A stretch of DNA of 61,687 nucleotides from a virus (lineage: Duplodnaviria > Caudoviricetes), in IMG/VR virus record IMGVR_UViG_3300004213_000001, positions 1 to 61,687 of that record, one strand, 5' to 3'. Shown here in pieces: positions 26,847 through 35,845 of the stretch; positions within the stretch are counted from its first letter, which is position 1; every line of letters begins with the position of its first letter. The position numbers and the translations under genes are program-made. Under the pieces are notes generated by a model. That model was not told where the DNA came from and searched no databases. It worked only from the letters and a program-made list of their open reading frames with translations.

Positions 26847-27224
26847 CTACTGCGCGATGAAGTCGCTGGTGTACGGGTGGGAGGGCGACGTCGTCTGGTT
26901 CAGGTTGTAGTACTTCGCCGTGGACGCCTTGATGGTGATGCTGGCCCCGGTGTGCACGTTCTTGATGACGACCGGGATGTTGCCGCCGGGGTAGTGGAAC
27001 GAGCCGACGTAGCGCGTCACCGAGTGGCACGGCTCGACCCGGAAGTCCGTGCCCGCCCCGAGGTTGCCGGGCGAGAACACGAGGGACCGGGTGGAGTTGC
27101 ACGGGACCCGGATGGTGCGCTCCGCGACGTCGGCGTGGGCCTGCGGGACGGCCAGGGCGGTGAGGGCTGCCCCTGCGGCCAGGGCTCCGGCGGTGGCCCG
27201 CCTGAGGTTCTTCTTGATGCTCAT
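26847..27224 (-). CDS. Small secreted protein
   Basis: Signal peptide MSIKKNLRRATAGALAAGAALTALAVPQAHA; two Cys. Confidence 0.7.
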   Translation of the reverse strand: MSIKKNLRRATAGALAAGAALTALAVPQAHADVAERTIRVPCNSTRSLVFSPGNLGAGTDFRVEPCHSVTRYVGSFHYPGGNIPVVIKNVHTGASITIKASTAKYYNLNQTTSPSHPYTSDFIAQ

Positions 27225-27315
27225 CTTGCCTTCTTCCTGTTGGCCTAGGGCCGGGCTAGCCCTAGGTGGTCTGTGGTCGGCCCTAGAATCGATTCTGAGC
27301 CGATGGTGGGCGGAG

Positions 27316-27341
27316 GCGGGGCTCCTGGTAGGGAGCCCCGC
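27316..27341 (-). terminator. Hairpin, probable terminator
   Basis: GCGGGGCTCC/GGAGCCCCGC. Confidence 0.6.
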
Positions 27342-27353
27342 TGCTGTCGACGC

Positions 27354-28367
27354 CTAGCCGATCTGGGTGCCGCCCCTGCTGGCACCGAGGTCCATCGTGC
27401 GGGCGGCGGAACGACCCTTGCTGACCGCCGACCAGTTGACCGACTGCTCCTTCGCCTTCCGGAAGGAGTGGTCGCGGCACGAGCCGCTCTTCGCAGCCTG
27501 GCACTTCTTGCACGGCGCGAAGTCCTCGGGCTTCGCGGGCTCGGGCCGCTCCTCGGGGAACTTCTCGTACCAGGCCTCGTCGACCCGCTCCTTGGTGGAC
27601 TTGAGCACCAGACCCGCCTGGCGGTTGGCGACCGACATCGTGTAGAGCCGGGTCCCGAGCGTGTCCAGGAAGCCCTGCGCGTAGGAGCGCCGGTAGGTCT
27701 TCGCGTTGAACGAGCGGCCCAGCACCTCCTCGGCGAGTTCCGGCTGGCCCTGCTCCTCGGCCTCGGCCTTGATGAGGTTGGTGACCTTGCGGTTGGCGGC
27801 CTTCTGCTGGTTCACCGTGGCACCCTGCGGCACCAGGCCCAGCGCAACGGCGATGCGGCCCCGCTCCATGCCGCCCTGGCGCAGCCGGAGCGCGTTCCGG
27901 GCCTCGCTCTGGGCCGGGTCGTAGCGGGGCTCCAGGCGGGCCGAGAAGCCCTGGAGGATGCTGGTGAACAGCATGTTGAAGTAGGCGACGTCGTGCTCGA
28001 AGCCGAGGACGAGGGCGGTGTACTCGCGCACCTTGCGCTCGGCGTTCCAGACGCTGCGGACCCGGATGCGGACGCCGGTGTGGCGGGCCGCCATGCTGGC
28101 GAAGGTGTAGTAGTAGGAGGACCACTCGGAGGACGCGTCGCCGAGGTAGGCGTCGGACCACTTCGGGGCCATCCCGCCGACGACACCGGCCTCCTCGGCC
28201 TCCGCGAGGTCGATGCGGTACTGCGCCATCATGGCCTCGGCCTTGTCCTGGTAGAGGGCCGCCTCCGCCGGGCTGCACGCGGGGTCGTTGGCCTTCGCGA
28301 GGAGCGCCTGGACCTTCTTGGCGAGGGCCTCGGGGCTGAACTTGGACTCGGTGGTGGTGGTGGACAT
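27354..28367 (-). CDS. DUF2786-domain protein
   Basis: KVQALLAKA......AEA.....KAEAMMAQYRID N-terminus; YRRSYAQGF. Confidence 0.75.
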   Translation of the reverse strand: MSTTTTESKFSPEALAKKVQALLAKANDPACSPAEAALYQDKAEAMMAQYRIDLAEAEEAGVVGGMAPKWSDAYLGDASSEWSSYYYTFASMAARHTGVRIRVRSVWNAERKVREYTALVLGFEHDVAYFNMLFTSILQGFSARLEPRYDPAQSEARNALRLRQGGMERGRIAVALGLVPQGATVNQQKAANRKVTNLIKAEAEEQGQPELAEEVLGRSFNAKTYRRSYAQGFLDTLGTRLYTMSVANRQAGLVLKSTKERVDEAWYEKFPEERPEPAKPEDFAPCKKCQAAKSGSCRDHSFRKAKEQSVNWSAVSKGRSAARTMDLGASRGGTQIG

Positions 28368-28408
28368 GGCTGCCTCCTGGCGGCTGGTGGTGCTGGGCTG
28401 TTGAGTGA

Positions 28409-28438
28409 AGCCTCTCACGGCTGGCCCGCTGGTGCAAG
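28409..28438 (-). promoter_or_regulatory. Conserved phage promoter repeat
   Basis: CTTGCAC-...-CCGTGAGAGGCT. Confidence 0.7.
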
Positions 28439-28466
28439 CCAGCCGCGAGAGTTGGAGCGAACTTTC

Positions 28467-28769
28467 TCAGACGTCCCAGCGCAGGTCGTGCACCAGGCGC
28501 TGAGCGACCTCCTCGTCGTACTGCTGCTGCGCGGAGTTGTTGACGGGCCGGTAGGACGGGCGGATGCCAGCGGCCTCCACTGCGTCCTGGATGGCCAGGT
28601 GGAGCGCGAACGGGGTGGGCACGTTGCGCAGACGGAGCGCGTGCACCGCCCGGCAGATGCCGTCGAACTCGGCCTTCTTGGTCTTGCGGTCGATGGGCCG
28701 TAGCGCCTCGTTGAACTCGCGGTAGGCGCGGATCGCGGTGAGGGCGAGAGCGTGGTAGTTGGGGAACAT
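28467..28769 (-). CDS. Hypothetical protein
   Basis: Start MFPNYH after CCAGGAGGC RBS. Confidence 0.65.
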   Translation of the reverse strand: MFPNYHALALTAIRAYREFNEALRPIDRKTKKAEFDGICRAVHALRLRNVPTPFALHLAIQDAVEAAGIRPSYRPVNNSAQQQYDEEVAQRLVHDLRWDV

Positions 28770-28803
28770 GGTAGCCTCCTGGCTGGTGGTTGGGTACGAG
28801 ATC

Positions 28804-28832
28804 ACTCTAGCAGATGTTCAGCGGGCCGCCAA
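28804..28832 (-). promoter_or_regulatory. SigA-like promoter
   Basis: TTGGCG-17-TAGAGT with extended TG. Confidence 0.55.
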
Positions 28833-29018
28833 CATACCGGGCAGCGCAGCCTCGACGCGGGCAACCTCCGTCGGGTCGGTGCGGCGCTCCAGCAGGGTCT
28901 CCAGTTCGGCCTTCTTCATCTTCATGTACTGGTTGAACCAGTAGGACTCGGTCTGCATCCCGAGGCGGACGCTGATGTCGGTGCTGGCGAGGTACTTGGC
29001 GATCTCGGACTTGGTCAT
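28818..29018 (-). CDS. Hypothetical protein, probably leaderless
   Basis: ATG 6 nt after the GAGGAT box. Confidence 0.65.
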   Translation of the reverse strand: MTKSEIAKYLASTDISVRLGMQTESYWFNQYMKMKKAELETLLERRTDPTEVARVEAALPGMLAAR

Positions 29019-29024
29019 GAGAGC

Positions 29025-29054
29025 ATCCTCTCACGGCTCCAGCCGGTCCGCAAG
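29025..29054 (-). promoter_or_regulatory. Conserved phage promoter repeat
   Basis: CTTGCGG-...-CCGTGAGAGGAT. Confidence 0.7.
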
Positions 29055-29072
29055 AAGATGGAGGAGAAATTC

Positions 29073-29184
29073 GAGAAGCCCCGCCAGCGGGGGAACGCCC
29101 TGGCGGCTGAAGACCAAGGAGACATCCCGCTAGGCGAGGCTTCTCTACGCGAGGGGAGACCGGCCCGTTGGTTACCCTGCGCTT
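29073..29184 (-). ncRNA. Candidate sRNA of about 110 nt
   Basis: Between TGGTAGACT -10 (29191-29199) and CCCCGC/GCGGGG hairpin with TTCT; no ORF. Confidence 0.3.
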
Positions 29185-29204
29185 GACGCCAGTCTACCAA
29201 CACA

Positions 29205-29237
29205 GAAGCCCGCCAGCCACTAGGGCTGACGGGCTTC
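29205..29237 (-). terminator. Terminator at the end of the late/lysis operon
   Basis: GAAGCCCGTCAGCC/GGCTGGCGGGCTTC followed by TGTGTT. Confidence 0.7.
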
Positions 29238-29253
29238 CAGGGTGCTGCTCGGG

Positions 29254-29634
29254 TCACTCCCTCGGGAGGAAGTGCCCCGTGGTGTCGTCGTGGCCGTCGC
29301 CGTTCGCGTCCCTGACGCCGTAGGTGCCGTCGGGCTGGTAGCCCCGCTCGATCTCCGGCTCGTAGGCCTCGTCCGGGTCGGGGTTGGGCTGCTCTCCGGT
29401 GACCGCCGCCTCCGCGCCCAGGTCCCGCAGCGGGTCGCGCTTCTGGTAGGCGCTCAGCGCCGTGATGGCGCTGGTGATGAGCCCGCCGAGGATGACCACG
29501 ACGATCTTCGGCAGGCCGCCGAAGTACTCCTGTCCCTCCGGGGTCTGGAGGAAGAGCAGGCCCAGCAGCAGGGCCGGGACGATGAACGAGGCGAAGCCAG
29601 CGGCGACGACCTTCGGGCTGATCGGGGTCTTCAT
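29254..29634 (-). CDS. Holin
   Basis: PISPKVVAAG start, two TM helices, directly after endolysin. Confidence 0.7.
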   Translation of the reverse strand: MKTPISPKVVAAGFASFIVPALLLGLLFLQTPEGQEYFGGLPKIVVVILGGLITSAITALSAYQKRDPLRDLGAEAAVTGEQPNPDPDEAYEPEIERGYQPDGTYGVRDANGDGHDDTTGHFLPRE

Positions 29635-29677
29635 GATGTTTCTCCTAACTATCGATCTTGGTTGTGGATGGACTTGC

Positions 29678-30760
29678 TCAGCACTTCCAGCCGGACACCT
29701 GGAGGTCGGAGACGGAGGGCAGCGGCGGAGCGACCTCACCCGGCTCCAGCGGCAGCGGCGCGGGCACCCGGACGATGAGCCGGAGCCGCATGGACCGCCC
29801 GGTGGCACTCGGCGCGGGGAGGCCGCCCTTGTAGGTGCACTGGACCTTCGGGCTGCTGGAGGTGACGGTGACCGGCACGCGGTCGGCGTAGACGACGTCC
29901 GGGGTGCCGCTCTTGTAGTCGAGCACCCGCCAGAAGACCTCCAGCGGCTGGTTCCCGGTGTTGAGGAACTCGAGGCCCGCCACGACGTCGATGCCGTCGT
30001 TCGCGCCGACGACCACGGAGACGTCGTTGTCGGCGTTGATCTTGAGGACGTTCTCCCCGACCTTCAACTGCTGGTCGGCGGTGTTCCGGAAGTAGACAGA
30101 GGTCGCTGCGGTCATGGTGATGCCTTTCATTGTGGGGTCGGTGATCTTCGGGGCCTGCGGAGGGCTGGCCGGGGCGGGCTTGCTCTCGGGCTTCAGGACT
30201 GGAGCCGTGCTGAACGCGGCCCACGTCTTGAGGGCCTCCACGTCCTTGAACTGCGCGTGGTTCTTGTCGATCGGCTTGTCGGTGTACTGCCAGAAGAGCC
30301 AGTCCACTTTCGGCACGGACGTGCGGTAGTCGGCGATCCAGAGGCCGTCCGCGACGTACGTCTTCTGATTCACCTTCGCGAACGGTCCGTAGAAGGTGTA
30401 CGTGTAGAGGAGAACGCGGTTCTTCGGGAACTTCTTCTTGAGCCCCTTCAGCATCGCGTCCTTGTCCTTCACGGATACCAGGCCGTTCTTCGCCGAGTTC
30501 TCCCAGTCGACGATGATCACGTCTCCGGGCTGCACCTTGGCGTTCTTGGCGAACCACTCGATCTGGCGGTCGATGTTGCCGGGCCATATCCAGTGGTAGT
30601 GCCCGACGACCTTTCCGGCCTTTCGAGCGGCGGCCACCTGAGCGTCGTGCGTGTTGCTCTTCCAGGTGGAACCCTCCGTCGCCTTCACGAAGATGAAGGC
30701 GTCTCCCTTGACGGGCTTGTAGGTGGGCTGGTAGGTGGAGATATCCGTTCCGGAGATCAT
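29678..30760 (-). CDS. Endolysin, GH25 muramidase
   Basis: GTDISTYQ, FIFVKATEG, VGHYHW, IVDWE, LWIADY, FWQYT. Confidence 0.9.
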   Translation of the reverse strand: MISGTDISTYQPTYKPVKGDAFIFVKATEGSTWKSNTHDAQVAAARKAGKVVGHYHWIWPGNIDRQIEWFAKNAKVQPGDVIIVDWENSAKNGLVSVKDKDAMLKGLKKKFPKNRVLLYTYTFYGPFAKVNQKTYVADGLWIADYRTSVPKVDWLFWQYTDKPIDKNHAQFKDVEALKTWAAFSTAPVLKPESKPAPASPPQAPKITDPTMKGITMTAATSVYFRNTADQQLKVGENVLKINADNDVSVVVGANDGIDVVAGLEFLNTGNQPLEVFWRVLDYKSGTPDVVYADRVPVTVTSSSPKVQCTYKGGLPAPSATGRSMRLRLIVRVPAPLPLEPGEVAPPLPSVSDLQVSGWKC

Positions 30761-31416
30761 GCGGGCAGCCATCCGTTCTTCGGGTTGTACTTGGATTCGG
30801 ACCATTCACACCGCTTCGGCATCTTCGGGCCGAACCAGCGCGCCCAGCGGGCACCGCCGAGCCCGGCTCCGCCGTAGAGAGTGCCGAAGACCTTGCTGTA
30901 GATGGAGTCCTTCGCGGACTGCGTGGCGTGCTGCGCACCGAAGGCGACGCAGTGGACGTGCGAGACCATGCCGTCCGCGATGTCGTCCGCGTTCGTGCCC
31001 CGGATCATCCCCTCGATGCCGCAGAGAGCCAGCCAGTAGACCAGGCGCTTCTGGTCCTCGATGGGCCGGACTCGGCCGTTCTTGTCCTTCACCGAGATGT
31101 CGGCCACGTCCAGCGCGTCGTGCGTGCCTCCGGAGGCGGCGACAGCGCCGTTGTTGAGGCCGCCCTGCGTGATGACGACCGGACCCCAGCCGGACAGGAA
31201 GCCCGCGATCTGGATGGCGTCCCAGGTGCGCTGGTTCAGTCGACTGCCGTTGATCGTGCCGTAGGCCCCGAACCGGGGGTGCGTGGCCGTGGTGGTGAAG
31301 GGCTGACGTGCCCCTGGCGGCGTCAGGATGGCCCTCAGAACGCCCTGGCGGCGCTCCAGTACCCTCTGGGCCTCCAGGGCGTCTGCGAGCGCCCACAGCG
31401 GCTTCGTCTTAGACAC
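30757..31416 (-). CDS. Second lysin, Zn peptidase (M15-like)
   Basis: ITQGG...ASGGTHD..DVADIS...HVHCV. Confidence 0.65.
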   Translation of the reverse strand: MSKTKPLWALADALEAQRVLERRQGVLRAILTPPGARQPFTTTATHPRFGAYGTINGSRLNQRTWDAIQIAGFLSGWGPVVITQGGLNNGAVAASGGTHDALDVADISVKDKNGRVRPIEDQKRLVYWLALCGIEGMIRGTNADDIADGMVSHVHCVAFGAQHATQSAKDSIYSKVFGTLYGGAGLGGARWARWFGPKMPKRCEWSESKYNPKNGWLPA

Positions 31417-31738
31417 GGGGCTCTCCCTTCTGAGCAGTGGTCTCCGGCGTGGCGACGAGCAGCCAGAAGATGCGGACCTGCGCGTAGAAGACGCCGAGGA
31501 AGAGCAGCGCCCGCAGGGCTGCGCGGAACTCGTAGTCCGGCCCCAGGACCACCGAGAGCAGGCTCAGGATGATGACGGAGGCGAGGGAGATGTAGACGTG
31601 CATCAGCGCTCGCCCGTAGGCGTTCGCCCGCCAGTTGCGGCGGCTGTAGAAGGCGATGAAGAGGAAGACGACGGCTGCGATGCCGAACACCTCCACGTCA
31701 CCGACGGTGAAAAGGATTTCCTTGAGATGGTCGCTCAC
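31409..31738 (-). CDS. Membrane protein, putative holin
   Basis: Three TM segments, W....GRALM motif. Confidence 0.65.
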   Translation of the reverse strand: MSDHLKEILFTVGDVEVFGIAAVVFLFIAFYSRRNWRANAYGRALMHVYISLASVIILSLLSVVLGPDYEFRAALRALLFLGVFYAQVRIFWLLVATPETTAQKGEPRV

Positions 31739-31968
31739 GCGTGACGCACTTTCTTCGCGAAGGCCGCCTCGATGGAGGGGCCGAAGTGGTTGGTCTCTCG
31801 TAGAGATTGGAGAGAGGTCGTGACGGCCGTGATCTCCGGCCCGCGCCCCTGGTCCTGCCGCAGGGCCTGACGAGCGTGCTCTCTGGCGATGTTCGCCGCG
31901 TGAATGCTCACCGATTCCTCTTCCTTTTCAACTGGCCCACTGAGCCGCTGTAGGAGTTTTCTGAACAT
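31735..31968 (-). CDS. Hypothetical lysis-cassette protein
   Basis: C-terminal RETNHFGPSI; coupled. Confidence 0.65.
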   Translation of the reverse strand: MFRKLLQRLSGPVEKEEESVSIHAANIAREHARQALRQDQGRGPEITAVTTSLQSLRETNHFGPSIEAAFAKKVRHA

Positions 31969-32279
31969 TACTTGCCGTCCTCAGCAGACTCCTTGATGGA
32001 CCTCAACAAATGGTCACTGACTCGGGCGTATTCGAGCAACTGCCCGACCTGCCCGCTCAGGACGTCTGCTCTCTTGTCGGAGGTTTCTGCGACCTCCCGC
32101 CAGACGCTCTTTTCTTCGTTCGCTGTAGCCACTCTAGCGTCCCTATCGGCTCGAATGTCGTCGACGACCGAGCGGGGCACAATCTTCCCCGTCAGAACCA
32201 GATAAATCGCAAGAGCCAGGAGCGCGCCGAAGCCGACGTCTCCTGGATTGATGCTGGCTAGTAGCGCACCTATCTCCAA
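31968..32279 (-). CDS. Membrane protein with coiled coil
   Basis: TM helix then LTGKIVPRS. Confidence 0.7.
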   Translation of the reverse strand: MEIGALLASINPGDVGFGALLALAIYLVLTGKIVPRSVVDDIRADRDARVATANEEKSVWREVAETSDKRADVLSGQVGQLLEYARVSDHLLRSIKESAEDGK

Positions 32280-32284
32280 CTAAC

Positions 32285-32470
32285 TCATCCTCCTGAACCG
32301 TTCTCCCCCGAGTCCGGCACCTGCGCGGAGATCTGCTCAGCCTGGATGAGACGGGCGTTCAGCAGGACGTTGTCCCACTGGAGATCGGCTATCTGCTGGC
32401 GCAGCAGATTGATGACCGTGTTGGAGTCAACGCTGGTCTGCGGAAGGGTGGTCGGGGTGGGCTCAGCCAT
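32285..32470 (-). CDS. Hypothetical protein
   Basis: Short coiled-coil ORF after tail genes. Confidence 0.6.
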   Translation of the reverse strand: MAEPTPTTLPQTSVDSNTVINLLRQQIADLQWDNVLLNARLIQAEQISAQVPDSGENGSGG

Positions 32471-32474
32471 GCCC

Positions 32475-32660
32475 CTATTCTACGGACTTGCTCGGCTTCT
32501 CCAGCGCCACCAGAGCGGCCGAGTAGGCGTCCCGCACCGTGACCGGAACACTGAGCATCATCACGTTCTGGGCCTCCTGGCGGGCCAACTCCCGCTCCGC
32601 CTCCGTACCCGTGGTCTGACCGATGGCCTTCAGCCTCTTGATTGCGTCTGACGCCTTCAC
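32475..32660 (-). CDS. Hypothetical protein
   Basis: GTGA-coupled to tail protein. Confidence 0.55.
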   Translation of the reverse strand: MKASDAIKRLKAIGQTTGTEAERELARQEAQNVMMLSVPVTVRDAYSAALVALEKPSKSVE

Positions 32661-35600
32661 TTCTGCAGTTCCTTCCTGAGCGCAGCGATTTCTTCCTTGA
32701 GAGCAGCGATATCTTCGTCGTGCTCTCTCACGATGGGGAGCAGAGGAATCCAGAGACGGTCGTAGTGAATGCCTCGGAGTTGACCTTCCTGGCCGGGGCG
32801 CAGGTCCTTCATCACGAAGCGCTCGAGACCGATCTCCGCGATCTCCTCGCTGACGAAACCGACATTCTTCTCGAGCACGGGGAAGTTGAGTTCGTCGTGA
32901 TTCCAGTCGACCGTCTCACCAGCAGCCTCCCGGCTCATGGTCTCCGCGATCAACTCGGCTTCGCCCTTGTCAAACCACTCCCGGGGCTGAGCCTGGAGAA
33001 TGGACTTGTCTGTCTTGAAGTCTCCGATATTGACCTTGTATCGACGAGAGGAACTCGGGTATCCCATCGTGCCGGTGGCATTCGTGATCAGGACCTGACT
33101 GGCCGCCGTCGTGATGGCGCTGTCTCGGATGGTGGCCGAGCGGACGGCTGCGCCCATCAGGTTGAGTGGGTCGGAGCCGTTGGCGGTCAGGTAAGTGCCC
33201 GCCGAGTCGCCGGAGAGGCTGCCGTAGACGGCGTTCGCTCCGATGTTGAATCCGTATGCCTCCATCCCGCCCTTGAGGATCAGGTTGCGGCCCGTGGTGA
33301 GCGAGGGGTTCAGGTCGAAGAACAGTGTGGAGTCTGCCAGATACACTCGCTGACGACCATTCGGCTCGATCATGAGCCGTGCACCAGAATCAGTCTTGCT
33401 GGTCTTCAGAGTGACGTTGGAGAGCGACACAGTGCCCGCGCCAGGGCTGACGGAAAAGATCACGTCACCGTCAGAGTCGGTGCAGTTCGCCAGTCCGGAA
33501 CTACCGACGAAAGCCCACCCGGTCGTCCCTGCGACGCCGATCTGGCGGGTGCCGGTGACGAGGTAGGAATCGGATGCATTCGAGTACATCATGATTCGGT
33601 TAGTGCCAGCGGAGGTGCGCACGGTCGCCCCGGTGATCACCTTGCCGTCGATAGCGGTGGCGCTGAGCCGAGTCGCATCGATGGTTCCCGCGACCAACTT
33701 GTCCGCCGTGATGCTCTCCGTGGCGATGCGGGCCGCCAGCAGCGTGCCGGTGTTGATCTTGCCCGCGTCAATGGTCGCGATGACCGCATTCGTGAGCGAC
33801 TGACTGATCCAGACCGGGTCACCACTTCCGATGATGTCCCATCGCCAGTTTCCGACCAACTGGCCCGCTACGTACTGCCACCACGTGTCGCCGATGTTGG
33901 AGCCGGGCGTGCTGGCCGTCGGCGCGTTCGGGCTGTAGGTGGTCTTCGTCAGGCCCGCCGGAGCCGGGACAGTGATGTTGTTCTGGATGTCCATCGCAGC
34001 GCCGGGGTCGCTCATGATCCCGGTGACCTTGATGGAGACCTGATCCGAGTCGGGAGAGGCGTTTCCGGACTGGTCGTAAGCCCGGATGAAGTACGAATAG
34101 GTCTGCCCGATGACCACGTCGAAGAGGACCCAGGGATTGCGGACGCTTCGACCATTCGTTCCGACGAGACGAGTGTCCGTGCCGACCTGCCAGAGTTCGC
34201 AGTAGGTCAGGTCCTTCGGCATCACCGAGTGATCGGAAGTGTATCCATCCCAGGTGACCGTGACGGTTCCGAGACGAGTGGTAACGACGGGTGCGCTGGG
34301 CTTCGGCGGCCCCGTGACGTCGTCCGCAGTGGTGATGGTGACGCCAGTAGACCATCCGCTCGGGGTGCCGCTATCCGAAATAGCCCGCATCTGGAATTCG
34401 TACATCACTCGGGGCTCGAGCATATCGATCGTGTAGGACAGATCAGCCGTCTGCCCTGCATCAGACCACTTCGAGATCGCGGTGAGCACGTTGTTGACCA
34501 GGGCCACCTTCCGGCATCGGAAGTTGTACGCGCTGATCTCGAGAGAGACGCCGTTGACGTCCGTGCTGGTCGCCAGGTAGGAGGCGGTCACCGTGGACCG
34601 TGCACCGCCGTTCAGAACGCCTGTAGAGGCGATGTAGGCCTCGCTGGTCAGGACCAGGCTGGTCGGGATGGCGGGCTTCCGGCTGGCGGCTGCGGGAGGA
34701 GTGGCCGGGCTACCGCTGCCCTTGATCTTGGCCCCGCCCGTGATGCCGTTCGTCTTGCGCGCATTCCGGATGGACTTCTCCACCAGACGGGTGTTGATGA
34801 TCAAATCGACGCGGCGTGCTCCCTGGCCGTCCCGCGTGAAGTTGATACCCCGGCACCGGTAGTTCTGAAGGACGTTGTAATCGTCCTTGATCGAGAAGTA
34901 GTCGCCGGGGTTGAAGTCGTACAACGGGTCGAAGTTGCTCCGGTTGTACGGCATCTCCGCTGTCAACTGAAGGGCCTCGGCACCGTTGGCGAGCAGTTCG
35001 TTGTCCGCCATCAGATTCATCGTCGCGGAGTCGTTGACGCCGCCCTGGCTGATGAAGGTCACCCACTTACCCCAGAATGCGGGAGCGGTGCCGCCCTCCC
35101 GTAGCACCTTCTTTCCGCCATCTCCCACGGCCAGCACCGAATGTGCCACGTCTTCCAGCGATCCGTCGACCGGCATCCCCGTGATGTCGACGCCCTTCTG
35201 CAGCGTCAGGTCCCGGCTGACATTCAGGGTGGTGTCGGCCACGTAGAGATTGAGCGTTCGGCCGGTGAAGTTCCAGTCGCACAATCCCTGGTCCGTCAGG
35301 TTGGAGAGAATCGTCCAGAGGCTCAGGCCGGGCTCGTAGGCGATGCTGGCGTTCTTGGTCCAGGGCCGCCCCGCGCTGTCCACGCTGGCGGTGAAACTGT
35401 AGGTCATCTTCGTGCCCGAGTAGGCCAGGCACTCGTCCAGCAGGGTCTTCATGATGGCACCAGCGGGCACGGCGTTGAAGGGCCGCTTTCCGTCGGCGTT
35501 CAGACCCGTGGTCTTCATCTGAACCATCTTGTTCAGCAGCCAGCCATAGCCCGGCATCGTGTACTTCCGAATACCGTCTTCTCCGACGGCATTCAGGTTG

Positions 35601-35845
35601 CGCTTGATCCGGAGGAAGCGGCTGTTGGGCTTCTCGGTCCAGTTGAGACCGTCGATGCTGGTCTCGACCGCCACCTCGGCTGGGCTGTAGAGGAAGTTGA
35701 CGCCGGGGTCCCCGTCCCGCAGGTTCAGGTTCATCGACGAGAGGTCGTTGAAGGGAAGACCGTAGTTCCAGTCCGCTATCTTCGGAAGAGGACCGAGTTC
35801 TCCACCGTCGGCGGTGTAGGCCCGGAAGCGGTGACGGATTCTCAC
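32657..35845 (-). CDS. Tail tip / central fibre protein with FN3 domains and C-terminal chaperone-like domain
   Basis: Follows Dit; YEFQMRA and YSYFIRAYDQSGNAS FN3 motifs; IDAGKINTG repeats; SSSRRYKVNI...GFVSEEI chaperone-like end. Confidence 0.85.
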   Translation of the reverse strand: MRIRHRFRAYTADGGELGPLPKIADWNYGLPFNDLSSMNLNLRDGDPGVNFLYSPAEVAVETSIDGLNWTEKPNSRFLRIKRNLNAVGEDGIRKYTMPGYGWLLNKMVQMKTTGLNADGKRPFNAVPAGAIMKTLLDECLAYSGTKMTYSFTASVDSAGRPWTKNASIAYEPGLSLWTILSNLTDQGLCDWNFTGRTLNLYVADTTLNVSRDLTLQKGVDITGMPVDGSLEDVAHSVLAVGDGGKKVLREGGTAPAFWGKWVTFISQGGVNDSATMNLMADNELLANGAEALQLTAEMPYNRSNFDPLYDFNPGDYFSIKDDYNVLQNYRCRGINFTRDGQGARRVDLIINTRLVEKSIRNARKTNGITGGAKIKGSGSPATPPAAASRKPAIPTSLVLTSEAYIASTGVLNGGARSTVTASYLATSTDVNGVSLEISAYNFRCRKVALVNNVLTAISKWSDAGQTADLSYTIDMLEPRVMYEFQMRAISDSGTPSGWSTGVTITTADDVTGPPKPSAPVVTTRLGTVTVTWDGYTSDHSVMPKDLTYCELWQVGTDTRLVGTNGRSVRNPWVLFDVVIGQTYSYFIRAYDQSGNASPDSDQVSIKVTGIMSDPGAAMDIQNNITVPAPAGLTKTTYSPNAPTASTPGSNIGDTWWQYVAGQLVGNWRWDIIGSGDPVWISQSLTNAVIATIDAGKINTGTLLAARIATESITADKLVAGTIDATRLSATAIDGKVITGATVRTSAGTNRIMMYSNASDSYLVTGTRQIGVAGTTGWAFVGSSGLANCTDSDGDVIFSVSPGAGTVSLSNVTLKTSKTDSGARLMIEPNGRQRVYLADSTLFFDLNPSLTTGRNLILKGGMEAYGFNIGANAVYGSLSGDSAGTYLTANGSDPLNLMGAAVRSATIRDSAITTAASQVLITNATGTMGYPSSSRRYKVNIGDFKTDKSILQAQPREWFDKGEAELIAETMSREAAGETVDWNHDELNFPVLEKNVGFVSEEIAEIGLERFVMKDLRPGQEGQLRGIHYDRLWIPLLPIVREHDEDIAALKEEIAALRKELQK

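Noticed and set aside
18186-29054. Repeated motifs as a CRISPR array or integron attC sites
   Set aside because: Spacing is irregular and gene-sized, repeats are degenerate and promoter-shaped, and there is no cas operon or integrase
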